A stretch of DNA of 64,000 nucleotides from Macrostomum lignano (Eukaryota), in the NCBI GenBank assembly GCA_002269645.1, contig NIVC01000799.1:124001-188000 (forward strand), written 5' to 3'. Of the stretch, positions 25,535 to 39,119 are shown piece after piece. The translations under genes and the position numbers were made by a program. How positions within the stretch are numbered: position 1 is the first letter of the stretch; each line of letters starts with the position of its first letter. The notes under the pieces were generated by a model that saw only the letters and a program-made list of their open reading frames with translations, searched no databases and was not told the origin of the DNA.

Positions 25535-26760
25535 CACTACGCACTTTTTGACCACCGATAAATCCAAATTCTGATGATCGCGATAAAATCTGATAGACAA
25601 ACCAACCACAAAACGGACACTTCAACGTATACACACTTGTACACTCGTACTCGTTACTGATTAAGAACTGTGCATGTTACAGAATGGAGATTTTCATTTT
25701 TTCCTCACAAAGCATTTCTTTTGATAGCAGCTGCAGACCCGATGTTAATGTTTTGACATGAATTGTTTCTTATACTCTGATACTTGTAGAGCTTCCCGTT
25801 TAGAAAAATAAGGATTTTATGTTAATTTTATATCTTACGTAGATGTTCTTGGAAAACTTTCCTAGAAACTTAGTTTCCCGTCCTTGGAAGCAATGCAGGC
25901 GTGTAAAGGTTAATTTGCAATGTTCTCAAGTACAGAAGAAGTTCTATAATTATACAGTTGGTGTCGTTTGGCCCTGCTTCCGAGTTACGATCTGAGAACA
26001 TGGCTAACAACGATGCCTGGCACCAGGTGTTTCAAGCTATGCAAGAGAGCGCGCTACTAATTAAGGGCATTGTCAAAATGTTATAGGTTCTTTTCATTCT
26101 ATAAATAAAAGGCCAGTTGGCATATCAATGCGTCATGCAGATGTAGATTTTTGTCCGATAGGCTATTTAAGGATTCGGTAGTATTTTCCAGGGATCCCTT
26201 TAGTCTTAACCGCTTCTAGACTGAAAGCGAGCCGGGAGAGAGCACAGAATTAACACCAGACAGGTACTGAATCTGCTGTTTTGTAATAATAAAAGAGTTC
26301 TTACCTTCTGATCCAATAAATAAAATTTATTTTATTTAGAGACATCCTAATCTAAAAGACCGAATAATATAAGTCATTAGATTGCAAGTTTTTTTCTTTA
26401 TTAGCTGCTAAACACACTAAACTTCAAATTTAAATACTAAACACTAAACCTTTTCGACTCGATTCCATTCCAGATAACTCAGTGGTCCATGCATTTCTCT
26501 CAAAGGCCAACAGAAAGCTAGTGTAGTGGCATTATAAAAGTGAATACACGTATAGAACGGGGTGCTGATTTTTTTGTCTAAATCCAATTAGCATTCACTT
26601 TCACCAACCTTATCTTCATAAACCGTACCTCAATATCCTAAATCATTAAGAAAAAGATTTACATGTAGGCTTTGTGAAGTTTTGGTTTTGTAACCATGCA
26701 CAGTGAATTTGTATTCCAGGTTTGAATTTGGTCATTGTTTTAACTTTCTCATTGGCAAAC

Positions 26761-27980
26761 TGCAATCACTCAGTTGTGGCAGGGTCCATGGGAATCACTC
26801 AGTTGTTGCAGAGTCAATGGGAATCACTCAGTTGTTGCAGGGTCCATGGGAATCACTCAGTTGTTGCAGGGTCCATGGGAATCACTTAGTTGTGGCAGGG
26901 TCAATGGGAATCACTCAGTTGTTGCAGGGTCAATGGGAATCACTCAGTTGTTGCAGGGTCCATGGGAATCACTTAGTTGTGGCAGGGTCAATGGGAATCA
27001 CTCAGTTGTTGCAAGGTCCATGGGAATCACTGTTGTTGCAAGGTCAATGGGAATCACTCAGTTGTTGCAAGGTCAATGGGAATCACTCAGTTGTTGCAAG
27101 GTCAATGGGAATCACTCAGTTGTTGCAGGGTCCATGGGAATCACTGTTGTTGCAAGGTCAATGGGAATCACTCAGTTGTTGCAAGGTCAATGGGAATCAC
27201 TCAGTTGTTGCAAGGTCCATGGGAATCACTGTTGTTGCAAGGTCAATGGGAATCACTCAGTTGTTGCAAGGTCAATGGGAATCACTCAGTTGTTGCAAGG
27301 TCCATGGGAATCACTGTTGTTGCAAGGTCAATGGGAATCACTCAGTTGTTGCAAGGTCAATGGGAATCACTCAGTTGTTGCAAGGTCAATGGGAATCACT
27401 CAGTTGTTGCAGGGTCCATGGGAATCACTTAGTTGTGGCAGGGTCAATGGGAATCACTCAGTTGTTGCAAGGTCCATGGGAATCACTGTTGTTGCAAGGT
27501 CAATGGGAATCACTCAGTTGTTGCAAGGTCAATGGGAATCACTCAGTTGTTGCAAGGTCCATGGGAATCACTGTTGTTGCAAGGTCAATGGGAATCACTC
27601 AGTTGTTGCAAGGTCAATGGGAATCACTCAGTTGTTGCAAGGTCAATGGGAATCACTCAGTTGTTGCAAGGTCCATGGGAATCACTGTTGTTGCAAGGTC
27701 AATGGGAATCACTCAGTTGTTGCAAGGTCAATGGGAATCACTCAGTTGTTGCAAGGTCAATGGGAATCACTCAGTTGTTGCAAGGTCAATGGGAATCACT
27801 CAGTTGTTGCAAGGTCAATGGGAATCACTCAGTTGTTGCAAGGTCAATGGGAATCACTCAGTTGTTGCAAGGTCAATGGGAATCACTCAGTTGTTGCAAG
27901 GTCAATGGGAATCACTCAGTTGTTGCAGGATCAATGGGAATCACTCAGTTGTTGCAGGGTCAATGGGAATCACTCAGTTG
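26761..27980. repeat. Minisatellite, 29-bp unit GGGAATCACTCAGTTGTTGCAAGGTCAAT (27-bp variant lacking CA)
   Basis: About 42 tandem copies. Confidence 0.97.
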
Positions 27981-28619
27981 ATCTAGGGTTGATTACTCAG
28001 TCAACTTTGCCTTCAGCTATACTCGTACTTCTAAAGCATTGGTTTGTCGTGGAAACCAAAAACATATTACAATATCTCGTAGATATCCTTAAAAATAAAA
28101 GTATGCAATCAAATGGGGCGTAACTTAATTTATATGCTACTAAGAGTAACTAAAGCAGCAAAAACGCCTAACAACTCAAAATGTCCAACTCAGATCCACA
28201 AGACTACACAGCGCAGCAAGAAAATAAATCCGCATGCAAACACTATATTTTGTTAATCGGAATACATTCAAATGCGCATTATTATTAATTAAAATGATAC
28301 CGATGTCATAACACTTTCAACTTTCATAATGTCATAACGCTTTCAAAGTTATGTCAGGGCTACAAAGATAATCGAAATAGGTTGGACCAAGCAGAATTTA
28401 TGACATAGAATGAAAAGATGCATTCGATAGTAGTTAATTTGAGACAGGGCAGCCCAGTAAGTAAAGCAAACAAAAAAGCTACTTTGATCCAACATGCAGA
28501 CGCTTAAATTAAATGGACAAATTAAACTTTCTTCAACTGAATCAGACTGGTATGGTCTTGTATATCAGATGAAAAATAGCAACAGCAAGCTGGAAATCCA
28601 ACCAATAACACCAACACAC

Positions 28620-29251
28620 GAAGCCACAAATCTCACAGCTGAGGATCAAAGCCACAAATCTCACAGCTGAGGATCAAAGCCACAAATCTCACAGCTGAGG
28701 ATCGAAGCCACAAATCTCACAGCTGAGGATCGAAGCCACAAATCTCACAGCTGAGGATCGAAGCCACAAATCTCACAGCTAAGGATCAAAGCCATAAATC
28801 TCACAGCTGAGGATCGAAGCCACAATCTCACAGCTGAGGATCGAAGCCACAAATCTCACAGCTGAGGATCGAAGCCACAAATCTCACAGCTGGAGATAGA
28901 AGCCACAATCTCACAGCTGAGGATCGAAGCCATAAATCTCACAGCTGAGGATCGAAGCCACAATCTCACAGCTGAGGATCGAAGCCACAAATCTCACAGC
29001 TGAGGATCGAAGCCACAATCTCACAGCTGAGGATCAAAGCCACAAATCTCACAGCTAATGATCAAAGCCACAAATCTCATAGCTGAGGATCAAAGCCACA
29101 AATCTCACAGCTGAGGATCGAAGCCACAAATCTCACAGCTGAGGATCGAAGCCACAAATCTCACAGCTGAGGATCGAAGCCACAAATCTCACAGCTGAGG
29201 ATCAAAGCCACAAATCTCACAGCTGAGGATCGAAGCCACAAATCTCACAGC
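28620..29251. repeat. Minisatellite, 28-bp unit GAAGCCACAAATCTCACAGCTGAGGATC (copy 1)
   Basis: Tandem copies with 27-bp variants. Ends abruptly at 29251. Confidence 0.96.
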
Positions 29252-29265
29252 GGTCCCAGAATTAA

Positions 29266-29397
29266 AAGTGTGTCGCGTGTGTGTGCAGTGTGTGTGTGTG
29301 TACTGTGTTTGCTGTGTGCTGTGTGTGTGTGTGTGTACTGTGTGTGCGCGTGTGGGTGTGTGCTGTGTTTGCTGTGTGTGTGTGTGTGTGTTTGTGC
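29266..29397. repeat. Degenerate (TG)n microsatellite
   Basis: Interrupted GT dinucleotide runs. Confidence 0.85.
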
Positions 29398-31859
29398 ATT
29401 AGGCATTTCTTGGGACAAGCGTGTATAAACTGACCCGTGCTATTAGGACCAAAAATGTGTTGGGCCAGGCCCAATAAGTGCGTCCCGACACTTCCAAAAA
29501 TGAATTCTATTGAAATGAAAAAATATTCATTGGAACCGTCTTTCGATTCTCCTTTCAAAAATCAATGTCATTTTTTCATATTTTTAATCAAACACGGGGA
29601 ATCTAATGATTTGCAGTGTCCTAAGAAGTTTAAAAAATTATGCGAACTGATGGTCTGATCCAACAGAACAATTGGGTCTCAAATCGGAATTCTCGTTTTA
29701 TTACAATATTTCTTACAATATCAAGAAAGTCTACTACAAGTAACAGATAGAGGTTCTCCACAGGGCTGCCAATCGACACTTGAAAGGATCCTGACATTTG
29801 GCATCGTGTTTACTATAAAATATGAAATAATTTAATAAAGATTTAGAATATTACAATCAAGCATACAAACCTTATAGATTTAGTATATTTAGATTTTTGC
29901 ATAGAAACAGCTAGCATCTAAATTCATTAGCTTCCAATTTCACTTATACACGAAACATGGCAAATTAAGGTTACATCCGCCTGTGCCCTCGGCCATTTTA
30001 ACTGAAATTCTCGTTTTCAGTCAGCTGCATTAATCTATTTGTCATATGTGAATGGGTATTAACTGACTCAAGTTAGTGACTGGAGGCCATTAACGTAAAG
30101 TGACACTTTGAGTGAGGTAGTTTTCCGGTGGAAATTCTCACAGTCTTATGAAGCGCTTTTAGAGCAAAGAAATAAAGGGCAAAGAAAAACTTTGCATTTC
30201 CCGAGAAAACCAAGGACGAGTATTAAAGGGAAACGTTTAATCTCTAAGGCTTTAAATGACTTCCTTATTGGCCTGGGTTTGGGCAGCCATACTATGTAGC
30301 AAAATTTTTCCTAGAATTATGATAATTATCGTCTGGTGTACTGAAAAGTACGGAGATACCAAGAAACTTAAGATGACTGCATGGACTGCTAGCACATGTT
30401 TGAGTGTCACTGTCACTGTAAAGTCTAAATCGATGACTAGTTGGCCCAAAACTAACTACTAGGCCTTCCTGAAAAACAATTCTGCTTATCTTGGATCGTA
30501 AAGATAAACCCACGTACAGAGCAGAAGTGTTAAGACAAGCGTGTACAAGACCCAGGCAATCCCTTACCCAGGCCACGTGTACATTCCTATCGCGGCGGGG
30601 GAAGCGGGGAGGAGAGGCGGGCGCAAGGGAGTCAGGATAAAGTTTACACTGAAGTTGAGGCCTACAAGAGGAAGAGCCAATTCTAATGGAAAGGTACATG
30701 TAGAAGTTCCCTTTGACAAACGGCGTACTGCATATGTTCAAACGAATATAATTCATTTACGAGACCTGCACTACACAGACAAAATGTGCCACGTCACAAG
30801 AGTTTCCATGCATGACCTGGCATGAAAAGACTTGGCTAGGAACCATTACACATATGTAAGTAGAATTTAAAATTCTTTTTAAAATTTTATGATTAAATAA
30901 AAACTTAACCGGAATTTACATATGTACTTTTCTAAAATTCCAGATACGTTGATATCGATAAGCTACCGTTTTCTTCTATAACAAACAGATTGGCCTTCAT
31001 TGTCAAGTAAGTCTTGTCTCGTACTCGTATATGTCGTATTTTTTGTAGGTTGAAAAAAATAATAAGCAGCCTAGTAATACTCTGAGCTCAGTGAAATATA
31101 AGAGAGGCGGGACGATCACCTTATTTATCAATTAATTTACAACAGCCAGTTGAGCAATCATAAGTAGGCAAAATTTACACTTCTAGGAAGAACAAATTTT
31201 ACTAAAAGTTTCAATCAAAACATTTGGGAAAGAAATCTCGCACGACACATCGCCCACAGTACTAGAGACTTGGAGAAATACTATGTGAGTTTTCTGGGCA
31301 ACTAATGTAATATATTACTGTTATAATTCGATAGTCGAATTATTTTTTTACCCAAAGCAGTGCTATTGCATAACTAAAGAACAGTATAAAAATGACAGCA
31401 TTCTAGAACGAGAAACAAAGCTTACTGCAAAGGCAAACGCCGAAAGAAAAGCAGGGCAGAGTCAGCAGCAAAAAAGAAGCTCATCTGAATGGAAAGATGG
31501 GCGGTCAGCAAAGAGATAGGATCTCAAAAAATTGCAACTCCTAGTAACTGAAACTCAATTGCAATAAGTGTTTTGTTCTCTAGGGCATTATTAAAACAAG
31601 CAAGCCTGCCTGCAGTCAGCTAGTGAGAAAGTAAGTTGTTGCGGCACTATCGGGAAAGTGAAAATTGTACTCCATCTGACTCACACAAGCAGCAGCGTTG
31701 GGACAAACCTCGAGTATTTTAATTGTACAGTAAAATTTCATTGACAATGAAGCATTTATTAGAACAGCGACATTTAAATCTGTTTTCAAACAAATCAGAC
31801 CGATTTCTCATGAGTTATTTTTCTTTTGTGCGCCCACGCACAGGTTCATCCGCATTCAA

Positions 31860-31905
31860 ACTCGCCGCTGCATCCGTCATTTGGTTCACTTGCTGCTCAC
31901 AAGCC

Positions 31906-31941
<36 letters not shown>

Positions 31942-33819
31942 GCTATCCGTGCAGGCAGTCAGTCTATTTGTGAATTTTCTGGTGGATCTGAAGAAAACCC
32001 GTCTGGCACAGGATTAAAGAGAAAGAGACGATCTGTTTTGGGTGAGTATTATCTGCTGTAGAAGTATTGTACACCAGAGTACTTGTGTTACCTGATAGAG
32101 CACAATTCAAAAGCAATGCAACAATCTCAGTGGCATTGTTGGGACACAAGCTACAAACGCAAAGAATAGTAAACACAGCCCAGCCTAGCTCAAGGCTAGT
32201 AATTTGTTGGGCATTTATTGGGACATTGCAGCCAGGCCTATTTTTTGAACAGCATTTGTTGGGTCGCACTTATTGGGACAATACTGATTCTAATCGCGAC
32301 TACTTCTGAGTTCTGACTTTTCAAAACAGACCCAGCATTAGTTGAACACGTTCTATTAAAGGGTTCCTTTATAGCCTATTAATGATTACTAAAGCAAGCC
32401 TATCTTAATTGATTTCTTTTCCTCGCAGCTTCTGAAGTCAGCAACGCCAGCGACATGCCTAAGAGACAAGAATGCGCTTTAACGATCAGCAGCGAGCATT
32501 CTGATCTCGCCGCTGCATCCGTCATTTGGTTCACTTGCTGCTCACAAGCCGCAGCAGCAGCAGCAGCAGCCGCTATCCGTGCAGGCAGTCAGTCTATTTG
32601 TGAATTTTCTGGTGGATCTGAAGAAAACCCGTCTGGCACAGGATTAAAGAGAAAGAGACGATCTGTTTTGGGTGAGTATTATCTGCTGTAGAAGTATTGT
32701 ACACCAGAGTACTTGTGTTACCTGATAGAGCACAATTCAAAAGCAATGCAACAATCTCAGTGGCATTGTTGGGACACAAGCTACAAACGCAAAGAATAGT
32801 AAACACAGCCCAGCCTAGCTCAAGGCTAGTAATTTGTTGGGCATTTATTGGGACATTGCAGCCAGGCCTATTTTTTGAACAGCATTTGTTGGGTCGCACT
32901 TATTGGGACAATACTGATTCTAATCGCGACTACTTCTGAGTTCTGACTTTTCAAAACAGACCCAGCATTAGTTGAACACGTTCTATTAAAGGGTTCCTTT
33001 ATAGCCTATTAATGATTACTAAAGCAAGCCTATCTTAATTGATTTCTTTTCCTCGCAGATTCTAAAGTCAGCCACGCCAGCGACATGCCTAAGAGACAAG
33101 AATGCGCTTTAACGATCAGCAGCGAGCATTCTGATCTCGCCGCTGCATCCGTCATTTGGTTCACTTGCTGCTCACAAGCCGCAGCAGCAGCAGCAGCAGC
33201 AGCAGCCGCCGCTATCCGTGCAGGCAGTCAGTCTATTTGTGAATTTTCTGGTGGATCTGAAGAAAACCCGTCCGGCACAGGATTAAAGAGAAAGAGACGA
33301 TCTGTTTTGGGTGAGTATTATCTGCTGTAGAAGTATTGTACACCAGAGTACTTGTGTTACCTGGTAGAGCACAATTCAAAAGCAATGCAACAATCTCAGT
33401 GGCATTGTTGGGACACAAGCTACAAACGCAAAGAATAGTAAACACAGCCCAGCCTAGCTCAAGGCTAGTAATTTGTTGGGCATTTATTGGGACATTGCAG
33501 CCAGGCCTATTTTTTGAACAGCATTTGTTGGGTCGCACTTATTGGGACAATACTGATTCTAATCGCGACTACTTCTGAGTTCTGACTTTTCAAAACAGAC
33601 CCAGCATTAGTTGAACACGTTCTATTAAAGGGTTCCTTTATAGCCTATTAATGATTACTAAAGCAAGCCTATCTTAATTGATTTCTTTTCCTCGCAGCTT
33701 CTGAAGTCAGCAACGCCAGCGACATGCCTAAGAGACAAGAATGCGCTTTAACGATCAGCAGCGAGCATTCTGATCTCGCCGCTGCATCCGTCATTTGGTT
33801 CACTTGCTGCTCACAAGCC

Positions 33820-33861
<42 letters not shown>

Positions 33862-34470
33862 GCTATCCGTGCAGGCAGTCAGTCTATTTGTGAATTTTCT
33901 GGTGGATCTGAAGAAAACCCGTCCGGCACAGGATTAAAGAGAAAGAGACGATCTGTTTTGGGTGAGTATTATCTGCTGTAGAAGTATTGTACACCAGAGT
34001 ACTTGTGTTACCTGATAGAGCACAATTCAAAAGCAATGCAACAATCTCAGTGGCATTGTTGGGACACAAGCTACAAACGCAAAGAATAGTAAACACAGCC
34101 CAGCCTAGCTCAAGGCTAGTAATTTGTTGGGCATTTATTGGGACATTGCAGCCAGGCCTATTTTTTGAACAGCATTTGTTGGGTCGCACTTATTGGGACA
34201 ATACTGATTCTAATCGCGACTACTTCTGAGTTCTGACTTTTCAAAACAGACCCAGCATTAGTTGAACACGTTCTATTAAAGGGTTCCTTTATAGCCTATT
34301 AATGATTACTAAAGCAAGCCTATCTTAATTGATTTCTTTTCCTCGCAGATTCTAAAGTCAGCCACGCCAGCGACATGCCTAAGAGACAAGAATGCGCTTT
34401 AACGATCAGCAGCGAGCATTCTGATCTCGCCGCTGCATCCGTCATTTGGTTCACTTGCTGCTCACAAGCC

Positions 34471-34512
<42 letters not shown>

Positions 34513-35120
34513 GCTATCCGTGCAGGCAGTCAGTCTATTTGTGAATTTTCTGGTGGATCTGAAGAAAACCCGTCCGGCACAGGATTAAAGAGAAAGAGAC
34601 GATCTGTTTTGGGTGAGTATTATCTGCTGTAGAAGTATTGTACACCAGAGTACTTGTGTTACCTGATAGAGCACAATTCAAAAGCAATGCAACAATCTCA
34701 GTGGCATTGTTGGGACACAAGCTACAAACGCAAAGAATAGTAAACACAGCCCAGCCTAGCTCAAGGCTAGTAATTTGTTGGGCATTTATTGGGACATTGC
34801 AGCCAGGCCTATTTTTTGAACAGCATTTGTTGGGTCGCACTTATTGGGACAATACTGATTCTAATCGCGACTACTTCTGAGTTCTGACTTTTCAAAACAG
34901 ACCCAGCATTAGTTGAACACGTTCTATTAAAGGGTTCCTTTATAGCCTATTAATGATTACTAAAGCAAGCCTATCTTAATTGATTTCTTTTCCTCGCAGA
35001 TTCTAAGTCAGCCACGCCAGCGACATGCCTAAGAGACAAGAATGCGCTTTAACGATCAGCAGCGAGCATTCTGATCTCGCCGCTGCATCCGTCATTTGGT
35101 TCACTTGCTGCTCACAAGCC

Positions 35121-35162
<42 letters not shown>

Positions 35163-35778
35163 GCTATCCGTGCAGGCAGTCAGTCTATTTGTGAATTTTC
35201 TGGTGGATCTGAAGAAAACCCGTCCGGCACAGGATTAAAGAGAAAGAGACGATCTGTTTTGGGTGAGTATTATCTGCTGTAGAAGTATTTATTGTACACC
35301 AGAGTACTTGTGTTACCTGGTAGAGCACAATTCAAAAGCAATGCAACAATCTCAGTGGCATTGTTGGGACACAAGCTACAAACGCAAAGAATAGTAAACA
35401 CAGCCCAGCCTAGCTCAAGGCTAGTAATTTGTTGGGCATTTATTGGGACATTGCAGCCAGGCCTATTTTTTGAACAGCATTTGTTGGGTCGCACTTATTG
35501 GGACAATACTGATTCTAATCGCGACTACTTCTGAGTTCTGACTTTTCAAAACAGACCCAGCATTAGTTGAACACGTTCTATTAAAGGGTTCCTTTATAGC
35601 CTATTAATGATTACTAAAGCAAGCCTATCTTAATTGATTTCTTTTCCTCGCAGATTCTGAAGTCAGCAACGCCAGCGACATGCCTAAGAGACAAGAATGC
35701 GCTTTAACGATCAGCAGCGAGCATTCTGATCTCGCCGCTGCATCCGTCATTTGGTTCACTTGCTGCTCACAAGCCGCT

Positions 35779-35829
<51 letters not shown>

Positions 35830-36480
35830 GCTATCCGTGCAGGCAGTCAGTCTATTTGTGAATTTTCTGGTGGATCTGAAGAAAACCCGTCCGGCACAGG
35901 ATTAAAGAGAAAGAGACGATCTGTTTTGGGTGAGTATTATCTGCTGTAGAAGTATTGTACACCAGAGTACTTGTGTTACTTGGTAGAGCACAATTCAAAA
36001 GCAATGCAACAATCTCAGTGGCATTGTTGGGACACAAGCTACAAACGCAAAGAATAGTAAACACAGCCCAGCCTAGCTCAAGGCTAGTAATTTGTTGGGC
36101 ATTTATTGGGACATTGCAGCCAGGCCTATTTTTTGAACAGCATTTGTTGGGTCGCACTTATTGGGACAATACTGATTCTAATCGCGACTACTTCTGAGTT
36201 CTGACTTTTCAAAACAGACCCAGCATTAGTTGAACACGTTCTATTAAAGGGTTCCTTTATAGCCTATTAATGATTACTAAAGCAAGCCTATCTTAATTGA
36301 TTTCTTTTCCTCGCAGATTCTGAAGTCAGCAACGCCAGCGACATGCCTAAGAGACAAGAATGCGCTTTAACGATCAGCAGCGAGCATTCTGATCTCGCCG
36401 CTGCATCCGTCATTTGGTTCACTTGCTGCTGCCAAGCTGCAGCAGCAGCAGCAGCCGCTATCTGTGCAGCAGTCAGTTAA
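31860..36480 (+). repeat. Tandem array of about 630-660-bp units (7 full plus 1 partial), each with a variable (GCA)n tract; possibly a tandem exon array
   Basis: The marker CTCGCCGCTGCATCC recurs at about 31861, 32506, 33136, 33775, 34426, 35076, 35731 and 36394. Confidence 0.97.
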
Positions 36481-36683
36481 TTCATGAGTTTTCTGGCGGA
36501 GCTGGTTATTTTTTTAATTTTCTGAATCGAGAAGCCGATTAACTGTTGTGTGCTTCACTGGAATATTATTTAGAGGACGCATTTTTTGCAGTCTGTTTCT
36601 AATAAAATCCGGTGCAATGACCGCGGTAGAGCTCTAGCATTTGCTTTTTATAGTATTTGTGTATATTCTTTTTCAAGCTATGC

Positions 36684-36820
36684 TGGAATTGTTGGGACAG
36701 CCCTATCCACACTGGCTATGGTGGAATTGTTGGGACAGCCCTATCCACACTGGCTATGGTGGAATTGTTGGGACAGCCCTATCCACACTGGCTATGGTGG
36801 AATTGTTGGGACAGCCCCAT
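36684..36820. repeat. 3.5 tandem copies of a 38-bp unit TGGAATTGTTGGGACAGCCCTATCCACACTGGCTATGG
   Basis: Unit starts at 36684, 36722, 36760 and 36798. Confidence 0.95.
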
Positions 36821-37569
36821 ACTATAGTGTGTGCTGGCTTCTGCTATAGTGTGGTTCATTTCCGCATCCTTTTACGTAGCATTCTGTGGGTCCGAATAGC
36901 TGACATGTACCTTTTGAGTAATTCTAGTGATTGTGTCATAATCAATAAAGTACATTTTTATGAACAGTGGAGTTTCGCTACAGAATTGTTTTTTCCCAGT
37001 GGCACTAAATGTAGCAAATTTTGTTTATTCAGATCGTAAAATTTTTTTGATATGTGTCAATGTCGTTTGTCTTCGATAACCTTAAAGTCCCTTGCCATTT
37101 ACCATCCTGTCTTCTATAATCTATGATCGCTGAAATTATCTGGTGAAATTTGACGCGCTGATATTATTGCCTTAGTGGAATTCAGCAAGACACCAGGGTT
37201 TTTTAATTCTGTTTTAGACAAGTATACATGTACAATCTGTTGTGAGTTCAATGCACCTCGAAAAATGCTTTCCAACTGTTTTCAGTAAGCCAAAAGCATG
37301 TTGTCAATAAAAATCTATTTGGTGGGTTGAAAATTGCCTGTGTGGGGACGTGTGTGTGTGTGATTTTTCGTGTGTCGGAGCAGTCCCAATATGTGCAAGT
37401 TTTTGCACACTTTGCCAATAAGTGCCTCGTGCACGTTTGTGTGTGTGTGTGTGTGTACTGTGTGTGTGTGTGTGTGTTTGACTGACTGTTTGAATGTTTG
37501 CTTGGTTGGCTTCAATAGGGTTACACTCATAGACAATTATATAACACGGGCACTAGTGGAAATCTTAAT

Positions 37570-37775
37570 AAATTACTAAATATAGATAGTTACTATTTTT
37601 GGTATCAAATTGTTACCATAAATAGAATGTCATACTGCTCCTAAGAGATATAGAATAATCGATTCTAAAATAAGCATCATCATCAATCGATGTGTATCTC
37701 TTAGGAGCAGTATGACATTCTATTTATGGTAACAATTTGATACCAAAAATAGTAACTATCTATATTTAGTAATTT
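37570..37775. mobile_element. Fold-back element / MITE: 81-bp perfect inverted repeat with 44-bp spacer
   Basis: 37570-37650 is the reverse complement of 37695-37775. Confidence 0.75.
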
Positions 37776-38426
37776 GTTAGTAACAGACGGATTAGAGCAG
37801 TGCGCGCGCGCGATCAATGTTAAATAGATAGACAGACAATTAATTGTCTATGGTTGTTGGTTATACGCAACTGAATGAATGATACCGCTATGTCGATATC
37901 TCTTACCCCTACATCCATCACTTTGTTTGGATGGAGGGATGGATGGATGGATGAATGAATGCTAACCGACACTAGTTAGTACTTTAGTCTATGGTAATCT
38001 ATCTATCTATGTTAGATAGTTTATGTTTGTCTCTGTCTCTAATACTGCTGTTAATCAAACCAACCGGCTGGCTGGCTGGCTGGTTGGCTGACTGACTAAA
38101 CAATAAACACTAGTAGTACTCATATAGCATACCGATTGACTAACTAACTAACCCACCCAATCTACCTACCTATCACTATCATTATTCACAACACCAAACC
38201 CAACCACTAACCTGTCACAGCCTAGTTTTTTTCTGGGGGACCGCTGCGCTAGCTCGAGAAATGTGAAATTTCTCTAAGTGTCAAAATTATTTTGACTTAG
38301 AAAATTTTTCGCATAAATTTTTTTTTACTTTCATTTCAACTAATGAAACGTATGCTGCTGTTTTGAAAAACTTATCTGGGGAAACGCCTGTTGCTGTCTG
38401 AGTGTAGCTTATCTGAGAGTAGCCAG

Positions 38427-38638
38427 CCCTAACCCTAACCATAACCCTAACCCTAACCCTAACCCTAACCCTAATTGACGCTAGCCCTAACCCTAACGTA
38501 ACCCTAACCCTAATTGACGCCAGACCTAACCCTAACGTAACCCTAACCCTAATTGACGCCAGCCCTAACCCTAACGTAACCCTAACCCTAATTGACGCTA
38601 GCCCTAACCCTAACTTAACCCTAACCCTAATTGACACC
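38427..38638. repeat. Interstitial telomere-like (CCCTAA)n tract with an about 40-bp higher-order unit containing ATTGACGC
   Basis: CCCTAA hexamers interrupted four times by ATTGACGC(T/C)AG, then a final ATTGACACCAG variant. Confidence 0.9.
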
Positions 38639-38867
38639 AGACCTGCTAGTTATATTGATGCACTTTAGACTTAATTCAATGAAATGAAAGCGAAACGAGA
38701 CGAAAAATACTGTCTATGGCAATCACGAGCCAATAGGAGAGAACGAGGAGGAAAGGGATGTTATGAACAAGATAAAAATAACTGGCTCAGACTAGCACTC
38801 TATTCTATTATTTCCTCCATAGTCAAAACACCAGTGTTAAAGAATATGAAGTTAAAACACCACTGTT

Positions 38868-39118
38868 AAAGTCGTCAGCCAAAGTCGTCAGCCAAAGTCG
38901 TCAGCCAGAGTCGTCAGCCAAAGTCGTCAGCCAAAGTCGTCAGCCAAAGTCGTCAGCCAAAGTCGTCAAGCTGCCAAAGTCGTCAATTTGCCAAAGTCGT
39001 CAGCCAAAGTCGTCAGCCAAAGTCGTCAATTTGCCAAAGTCGTCAGCCAAAGTCGTCAATTTGCCAAAGTCGTCAGCCAAAGTCGTCAAGCTGCCTGGAA
39101 TTGGATGCCAAAGTCGTC
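38868..39118. repeat. 13-bp minisatellite AAAGTCGTCAGCC
   Basis: Tandem copies with ATTTGCC and AGCTGCC variants. Abuts the duplicated segment at 39120. Confidence 0.92.
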
Positions 39119-39119
39119 T

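Noticed and set aside
26703-28123. 427- and 449-aa ORFs
   Set aside because: Stop-free 29-bp minisatellite with multiple frames open.
30108-30825. ORFs of 63-154 aa on both strands
   Set aside because: No recognisable domain or consistent splice structure.
31964-36197. Repeated 101-aa minus-strand and 80-aa plus-strand ORFs in the 640-bp units
   Set aside because: Conserved only because the DNA unit is repeated. They have no recognisable motifs and are disrupted in one unit.
38427-38638. True telomere or chromosome end
   Set aside because: Short, interrupted and internal, with ordinary sequence on both sides.
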